NCBI GenBank assembly: GCA_026196105.1
Contig: JAPHRK010000041.1
Coordinates: forward strand, 11,970-75,969
Source: Rhodospirillales bacterium
Lineage (GTDB): Bacteria > Pseudomonadota > Alphaproteobacteria > Rhodospirillales > JAPHRK01
DNA length: 64,000 nucleotides
Reading direction: 5' to 3'
The first letter of the stretch is position 1. Every line of letters begins with the position of its first letter. The position numbers were made by a program, and so were the translations under genes. The notes below the pieces were generated by a model. The model saw only the letters and a program-made list of their open reading frames with translations. It was not told the origin of the DNA and ran no database searches. Positions 54,701 to 63,700 of this stretch are shown in pieces.

Positions 54701-57700
54701 TCAAGCAGTATCTGATGCGGTACAACCCAATATTGATTTAGCAACAGCCAATGCTGTAGTGACAGCTAGGCAAACTTCTTTAGCTGAAGTTCAAGCAAAA
54801 CGTACTGCTGCAGATGATGGCGATAACGCTAATGATACGGCAATTGAGCTTGTTTGGGATAACGCCGTTACCCAAGCACAAACAGCTCTAACTAAAGCAC
54901 AAACGGCTGCTCAAACATCCCTTGATGCGGCAACTGCGGCGAACAATGCTGTTACGGTTGCTAAAGGACAAGTTCAGGCTTCGGCTCAAGCTTCTGCTTC
55001 TGCCTCAAAAGTTGCTGCTGATGCTGCGGCAAAATCCGGTTTTGCTGTTGCTTATGAAATTGGGGCGCAACAAGTTGCTCAAGCCATTGCAGATGTTGCT
55101 GTGCAAGATATTGTTGATGCTGTTGAAGCTGCTCTTACAGAAGCAGAAGCACAGGCCGCAATTGCCGCAACAAAAGCTGCTGAGGCAAAAGCCGCTGTAG
55201 ATACTGAAGACCCAAATGCGGCTGCAATTACAGAGGCCGCAAAAATTGCTGCTGGTGTGGCAGAAGACGCTGCTGAACTTGCATTCTATAAAGCTGCAGA
55301 AAATCTTGGACTGACGATTGACTCTCAAACAACAGCAGCTGATTGGATCGCAAACGTCAATGTAGATGCCCAAGATATTATTAATGCCATTCAAACCGCT
55401 GCTAATACAGCTAAGGCTTCAGATGATCGCCCAACAGGGGATGGTATTGTTGAGCCGCCAGCAAGCTTAATCGCTGCTCAAAATGCAGCTGATGCAGCAC
55501 AAGATGCGGCTGTTCTTTCTGCTGTTACGGCTATTGAATCTGCTGAACAAGCACTAAACTCTGCTGTTGCTAGTCTTGATTTGGCGACAAAACAAGATGC
55601 AATCGCTGATGCGTTTAATGCAAGCTTAGCCGTTAAAACAGCAGCAATTCTTGCCGCTGCGAATTCTGAGTTAGATGGGGTTAAGCAAGAAACGTCAGCT
55701 GCTGCTAAGCAGGCAGAAAAAGCTTATAATGAAGTGCTCTCTGCACAAAAAGCAGCAAATGCGCGTGCAGATGATGTCGATGCCATTCTTGAAGCTGAAA
55801 CGGATGCTCTGGCTGCGAGGACGACGACTTTAAATGCACAAACTCAAACCGGATTGAGCCTCAGCCAAGCTCAAAATGCTGAAACCACCGCTACAACCAA
55901 AGCAGCTGCTGCTCAATTAGCTTATGATAACGCTCTAGCCGCAGGGGGCAATACAATTGATCCCGAAGCTTTTGCTGCCTTAAAACAAGCTAATGACCAG
56001 GCGCAAAGTGCACTCTCTAATGCCCAAGACGCTGTTGCTGAAGTTCAAGCCTCACTTGAGTCTGTGAATACTGCAGCTACCGATGCTTCTACCGCATATG
56101 ATAATGTCCAGGCAGCACTTGAGAAAGTTGCGACTTCAGGTGGGAATTATGTTGCTAAAACGACTGAGTCCACTGTTAATTCTTATGTTTCTGGCACTGA
56201 AAGTGACAAAGATGACGCTGCAACTGCAAATACCAATGCTGCAGCCGTTAACCCTGACAATACACAGCTTGCCCAAGTACAAGCTGCAATCACAGAGGTT
56301 GAAGGTTATCTAACTACAGCAAGAGGCGAAGCTACAACTGCTGCCGCCAATGCTGCTGCTGCAAAAACGAGCCTCGGCTTGGCTGTTGTGGTTGATGATG
56401 GTAGTGGAGTTACGACGTCATTGTCAGAATTGCGTTCAGACGCACAAAAAGCTGCAGATGCGGCTCAATCAGCTGCAGCAACGGCTGCGGGTGTGGCCCA
56501 GGTAGATACTATTACTATTTCTGGAACCGTTGAAAATGGGGATGTTTATTCCGTTACGATTGGTGACTTTACTCTCACATACACCGTATCGCACACAGTA
56601 GATACCAGCACCGATAATGACATAGGTGATATCCGTGACGGGTTGTTAGGTTCGCTGAATTCTCATGCAGATATCAATAAGCTAATCATTGCGACTGCTG
56701 GTGACGCAGATGGACAAATTGTTGTAACAGCTCTTCACGAAGGTATTCCCTTTACCTCTGAGGCCAGTGCCCAAAATGTAGCAGGTGGAACAGACGATAA
56801 CGATGCAGTAATCGCGACAACAGTTGCTAGTTCCGTATCAGCTACTGATATTGCACAAGTTGATAAAGTAACCCTGTCAGGCAATATTGAAACTAATGAT
56901 CGCTATAGTATTACCGTCGATGATATCACTGTAGACTATACAGTTCTTGCTGAAGATATTGTGGCTGGTGATAACGATGCCAGCTTGGTCAATGTCCGCG
57001 CAAAAGTAGTTGCTCTTGTAAATGATCATGCCCAGATTAGCGCTATTGTACAAGCAGCTACAGGTGCTGCTGCGGGTGAGATAACTCTGTCGGCTTTAAA
57101 TGCGGGTGTTGCCTTTGAATCAAGTGCAGCCGGAGCCAACCATGACGGCGCTTTAAATGATAATATTGCGACTTCCACGACTTCAGTAGCTAACCTTAAA
57201 GGTGCTGATGATATCGCAGCTGCGGCTACGCAGGATGCAATTGATCAGGCAGCTATTGTCGATACAAAAACGGATGCGGCACTTACAGCATCGCAAACTG
57301 TTACAGCATCTATTCAAGCCAAGAACGCTGCCGATGCTGCAGAAACGGCCGCTGATACGGCCGATGCGCAAGCAATTATTGCCAACCAAAAAGCAGTTGA
57401 TGCCTCCGTTTGGGCGGCAACGGCGAAAGCTTCTGCCGATGCTGTCCTAGATACAAATATTGACTTAATTGATGCCCTTGAGGCGACGGCACAAGTGACT
57501 AATGTTGTTCTGGAAGGGGATAGCGTTGAAACTGGTGATGCTTACACCGTTACTGTTGAAGGTGTTGTATTTAAAGTAGAAGCCGCTGGTAGCAATGAGT
57601 TTACGGTGACCGTTGGCGGAACGGGTGTCGGAAACCTCGCAGGTGCAAATACCCTTGAAGGTGCCGTTGGGTTATTGGTTTCATTAATTAACGATAATGC

Positions 57701-60700
57701 TTATGGCGTTGATGGTGTTGTGACTGCATCAACTGATCCCGATAACACTGAAGTTTTAGTTATTACAGGTGATGCAACAGGTGATGACTTTACAGTCACA
57801 GCCTCAGCAGCGAATGGCGGGGCAGATAATACGAATGCAGTTTCTGTTAATGCTGTTGTCAATGCGGTTTCAGGAACCAAACAGGTTGATACCATAGCCC
57901 TGACAGGTGATTTGGACAATGGGGATATTATTACTGTCACCATTGATAATGTTGATTTTGTCTACAACCCTGGTGCGGCTGCTACTTTGGCTGATGCTGT
58001 TACATATTTCGTCAATAACATTACTGGTGCCGTTGCCTCTGCGGGAGGGGCTGGAGAGATCATCCTGACCGCAACAAAGGCAGGTACAGGATTTGATGCG
58101 ACTGTGGCGGTTGCCAATGTTGCGGGTGGTGCGGTTGCCAATACAGCTGCTATTGAGACAACTACAGATAATGTAACCGCAGCAAAACAAGCCTCGATTA
58201 ATGCACAAGCCGCAAGTGCGGATGCTACAACAGCAGCTTCTACGGCTGCAACTGAAAAAGGTAATGCGGATACAGCCGTTGGAAATGCATTAACGGCTAC
58301 CCAACTGCCAAATGCTGGTACAGTTGCTCAAGGTTTCTATGAAGATGCGCAAGCATCAGCCACCGTTGCTACTGCCGCAAATACGGCTGCAAGCCGTGAT
58401 GCAACCGCAGCAGCAACTTCTGCAAGTAACGCAGTCGCTCAAGCAAATCTTGCTGAATCTTCGGGTACTGCTCAAGAACAATTCATAATTGATGCTTTGA
58501 AAGCTGCCATTATTTCTGCTGATGGTGATGCTGACGCGGCAGCTGCTTCAACAGAAGCATACCTGACAGAAGCTACTGACGCAGCTTTGGATACAGCTGC
58601 TTATGCACAAAACGTAATGACTGAAGGTAAGCAAGCTCTTACTACGGCATTACAACAATTCGATAGTAATGAGCCGTATCATCCATATGAAGATAGTACT
58701 CATGACTTTTACGATACCAATTTCAAAATTAATTTACAGGCTGTTAAAGACGAGTTTCAGACAGCTGAAGGGATCATTTCTACAGCTATAGGCAATGAAG
58801 ATACAAATGCGGGTACTCAGGCCGCAAATGCCATGGCAGATGTCACAGCTGATATCAATGCATTGCTCGCTGTCTCACGACAAGAAATGACCGTTACCCT
58901 TGATGACTCTATTTCTTTAAACGATGTTTTCCAAATTACGATTAGTAGTGATGCTAGCCCAACAAGCTATACAGTTCAGGCAGCTGATATCGTTGCCGGT
59001 GATACACAGGCAACCTTGGAGAACGTTCGTAATAAGCTGATTGATGCAATCAACGGCGATACCGATGCTGACGATCATGTTGTCGCCGCATCTGGTGTGG
59101 AAGACGGAGCGATTGTTCTAACTGCAGCTGCTGGAAATATTGATTTCACTGCAACTGTCTCAGCTAATATGGCGACGCAGGAAACTGGTATTGAATTCCT
59201 GCTAAACGGCTTCCTAGCAAGTATTACGCAGGCAAGTAATACGGCGACCGAAGTTCAAAACCAAGTTACGACTGTCGATGGTGCAAACACCATTGCTCAA
59301 GCAAAAGCAGCCTTAATAACCTCTGATGCTGCTACTCTTGATGCTATGACGAAAAGTGCCCTGCAGGATTACCTTGATGGTGTAGGCGTTAACCCTGGGG
59401 CGTCAGAAAATGCTGCTCTTGCTCAAGCTCAGGAAACAATTGCAGAAGCTGCTGCTGAGTTTGCTCAAGGTCAATTGATCACGGCAGAACAATCTGTCGG
59501 TCAGGCCGTTGCTGCTCGGGTTGAGTACGAAAACTATTTAGTTAAAGCTGTTCAACAAGCAGCATTGAAAGCCGCTGAAGAAGCTGCTGACGCTGTTCCT
59601 GATTTGGTTGATGATGTTGTTGATGAGAATTCAGCCAATAGCTTTGATCCCGCCAATGTCACAGCGGGGCAAGCTCCTACCGAAGATACTGCTATTATTA
59701 TCAATGTCTTAGGCAATGATAAGAACACTGGTGGAGACCTTCTGACTAGCGCTAATACCCTTCCATCTATCTCTTCCGTTGGTGCTGCCGTAAATGGCGG
59801 TTCAGTAAGTATTGTTGCGCAAGTCGATATGATTTCTATGGTCCCTGTTAATGTGGGCGATGTTTATACGATCTCAATCAAAGACGCATCTGGCACTACT
59901 CATACCATTACTTATGAAGTTGTTGTGGGAGACACACATGCTGGTTCAGTAGCTGATAAAATTGCTGCCCAAATAGCCAACTCGACGATGAGTGATGTAG
60001 TTACGGTAACGGCGGATAATGATAGTAGAACTGCAAGCGTGACCCTGACATCTTCTACAGCAGGTGACCCAATCACTGTTACGGCGACAAATACAGGGGT
60101 GGCTCCAACTCTCGAACATACTCAGCCTAACGGGTATATCCTTTATACGCCGAGCAAAGATTATAACGGTGAAGATACCTTCAATTATACCGTTAGTAAT
60201 AACCTCACCCCGCCAAGTTTTGATGCGGCAACTGTAACGGTTGATATTGCAGCCGTTAATGATGCACCTATCGCTTTGAGTGATTATGTAACAACTGCGC
60301 ATGATGATGCGTCAGCTACAGGTAATCTTCTTACCAATGATACAGATGTTGACACTGGTGACACTAAAACGATTACTAAAATTAATGGTTCCGCCGTTTC
60401 ATTCGATGTTGCGATTGACTTGGATGGTGCAGGGGCAGGGAAGGCTACCATTACTGTTAAGAGTGATGGTACGTTTACCTATGATCCAAATGGGGATCAC
60501 TCAAATTTGGCTGTTGGAGAGACAGCTCTTGAAACGATCAGTTATGAAATTGAAGATGCTGCCGGGTCGACCTCTACAGCTAATATCAATGTGACCATAA
60601 CTGGTAGCAATGATGCGCCGATTGCTCAAACAGCTATTGTTGGTGCTGCCGCCGATCAAGTGGATTTAGTTACCTTCTCAGGGCCGGTGGCCGTTGACGA

Positions 60701-63700
60701 TGTCTTCAGCATTACGATTGATGACATAACGGTTAGCCACACTGCAACAACAACAGATATTGCTGATGTTATTTCTGCCTTAGTTTCTGACCTTAATGGA
60801 AATGGCACTATTACTTCGCAGTTAACGGCTGCACCAAGCACCTTGGATGGCCAAGCTGTAGCGGGTCAAATTTCCTTAAGTGCAAAAACGTCTCAGAGCT
60901 TCCAAGCAGAAGCTTCCCAAGATAATGGTGCAACAGCTGTTGTTACCGCTTTGATCTCTGGAAATGAAGATACTGCTATCTCTGGTAGCCTTGTTGCGAG
61001 TGACCAAGATACGGGTGAAACTGCGACCCTAGATTATTCTGTAGCCGCTGGCGGGCAAGCGCTTAATGGTACCGTCGTAATTAATAGTAATGGTACTTAC
61101 ACCTACACACCTGATGCTGATTTTGATGGGGTGGATCAGTTCACTTACCGTGTTGAAGACGTCAATGGAGCTTTTGATACCCGTACAGTTACGATTGATC
61201 TTGCTGATGTTAATGATGCGCCGACAGTAAATGAAGATGGTGTCATTGATACTGCTTCAATAACGGGTGACCAAACTGCCATTATTCGTCCTCTTACGAA
61301 CGATATAGACGTTGAAGGCGATGCAATTTCTATTAGTAATGTCCAGATTGTTGATCAAAATGGTAACCCGATTACGGGTTACGGTACGGTTACAGTTAAG
61401 CCGCAGTTGAATACAGTTATTCTTAAAGCCCCAGCGACTGACGAGACCTTTAGTGACTTATATACGGTTGGTGAATCGGTCTCGATTACCGTAAACGGGA
61501 CAAATGTAAGCCATATAATTACTGCTGATGATCTTTCTATCTCAGATTTAGCTTATGAACTTGTTACCTTGGTAAATGCATCTGCAGAAGGTGGTAATGT
61601 AACAGCTTCGCAAGGTTCTGCCGGACAAGTTTTGATTACAGCTGATGTTGTGGGGACGCCATTCACTGCGAGTGTAACAGCGACAGATACGACATTAATT
61701 AGTGTAAAAACTTCAGTCGCAAATGCCAGCACCCTTGCTTACGTTCCAAACCCAATTGCCATTCAAGCAATTGCCCGTGGCGATGTAGAAATTGAATATA
61801 TCAAGTATACAGTTACTGATGGAACCGCTGATAGTTATGGTACCATCTCTGTAAATGTGACAGGTATCAATTCTGCACCAGTTACCAATTCTGATAGTAT
61901 CACAGTTGATGAAGGCGCTTCCTTAGATATCAATCTTTTAGCCAACGATGGGGTCGATGGAGTTGTTGATTCTGATGGAGATGCCATGCGTTTGGTTACG
62001 GTGTCTCAAGGAAGTAAAGGTGACGTTACCTTAAATCCAGATGGAACCATTACTTATACACCTCGGAATACCGATACCAATATTCTGGCCGTGGGTGAAA
62101 GTACCACAGATAGCTTTACCTATTCTGTTACAGATGACCATGGTGGCTTGGTTGAAGAAACAGTCAGTGTAACCATAAACGGCACAAATGATGGTCCAGA
62201 AGCTGTTGCCGACCATAACTCTGCTCGAGGTTCCAAAGCTTTGGTGGTTAGTGCCACTGATGGTTTGTTAGCCAACGACTTTGACCTAGATAACGGTGCT
62301 GTTCTTACCGTTACAAAAGCTGGCGATACATCACTAACTGGTGGTGTTGTAACGATTACAAGTACTCTTGGGGCAGAAGTTGTTATCAATTCTGATGGTA
62401 GCTATACCTATGACGCTTCTGGCGCAGCTAACCTTAATAATCTCATAGCTGGTGAAACGGCTTCAGATAGTTTTACTTATACAGTTTCAGATCAATATGA
62501 TGCTAAAGCATCAGCAACTGTTACTATTACAGTAACTGGTAACACGATCCTTGTATCAGGCATCCAAACGGTCTTCTTACAAGCCAACTCTGATGATTAT
62601 ATCTTCGGCTCAACGGGTGACGATACGATTACCTTCTCAGGTGCCGCGGAAAGCGGAGATGCATTCGTTGGTGGCGAGGGTAACGATGTATTGCACCTTG
62701 ATGATACGGGTAACACAATAACAGTTTCTGAGGCAGAAATTGTTAATGGTGGTAATGGCGTAGATATTATTGGTGCCGAAGGTTACACAGCGCAAACCAT
62801 TTACGGTGAGGATGGGGATGACACTCTTATTAGCTCTGAAGGCCAACACTATCTGGTTGGCGGAACTGGCAATGATGCACTTACTGCCCAAGCTGGTGCT
62901 TCAGCTATTGCTGATTATAGAGAAACCAGTGAAGGTGTGGCAGCATCAGCAGGAATTACTGTAACTTCAAATACTTCGGTAAATGGAGCGCAAACTGGTA
63001 CTGACACCCTCACAAATATCGAACGAATCATAGGTACCAACGAAGTTGATAGCTTTACTGGCGACGGTTCTACATTTATTGCCTTCGAAGGTTTAGGGGG
63101 GAATGATAGCTTTACTGGTGTTGTCGATAATGGCGGCACAGCAAATATAAATGAGTTTGCGAATACCTGGGTTTCATATGAATTATCTTCTTCCTTTGTC
63201 ACCGTTACTTTAGGGGCCTCAGGTAGTGCAAGTGGTACAGATATTGGTACGGACGCTTTGTATAATATCGGTGGTGTCACGGGCTCTGCACATGGTGATA
63301 TTTTAACGGGTAGTGCCGCTGACGAAACCTTTGAAGGTATGGCAGGTAATGACACCATTGATGGTGGTAGCGGGACAAACGATACCGTTACTTATGAGTT
63401 TTCTAATGGTGTCGTTGTTGATTTGGATGCAGGAACAGCTATTGGGGCTAATAGTGGTTCTGACGTTCTTTCAAACATTGAAAATGTTACGGGTAGTGAT
63501 GTAACTGATTCAATAACAGGTAATGCAAGTAACAATGTACTTTCAGGCTTTGGTGGTGATGATACCCTGATTGGTGGCGGTGGCGATGATACCTTACTTG
63601 GTGGAGCAGGGGATGACTTCATTGATGGTGGTGTCGGAACGGCTGATGTTGTTGATTATACAGGTTCATTTGCTGGATACCTGATTTCTTCAGATGGTGC

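Noticed and set aside
53400-56500. The Ala-rich stretch as non-coding low-complexity DNA or an assembly artefact.
   Set aside because: The same reading frame stays free of stops across it (spot-checked at 54240, 54720, 55380, 55800 and 56280). It connects in frame to well-formed domains on both sides.
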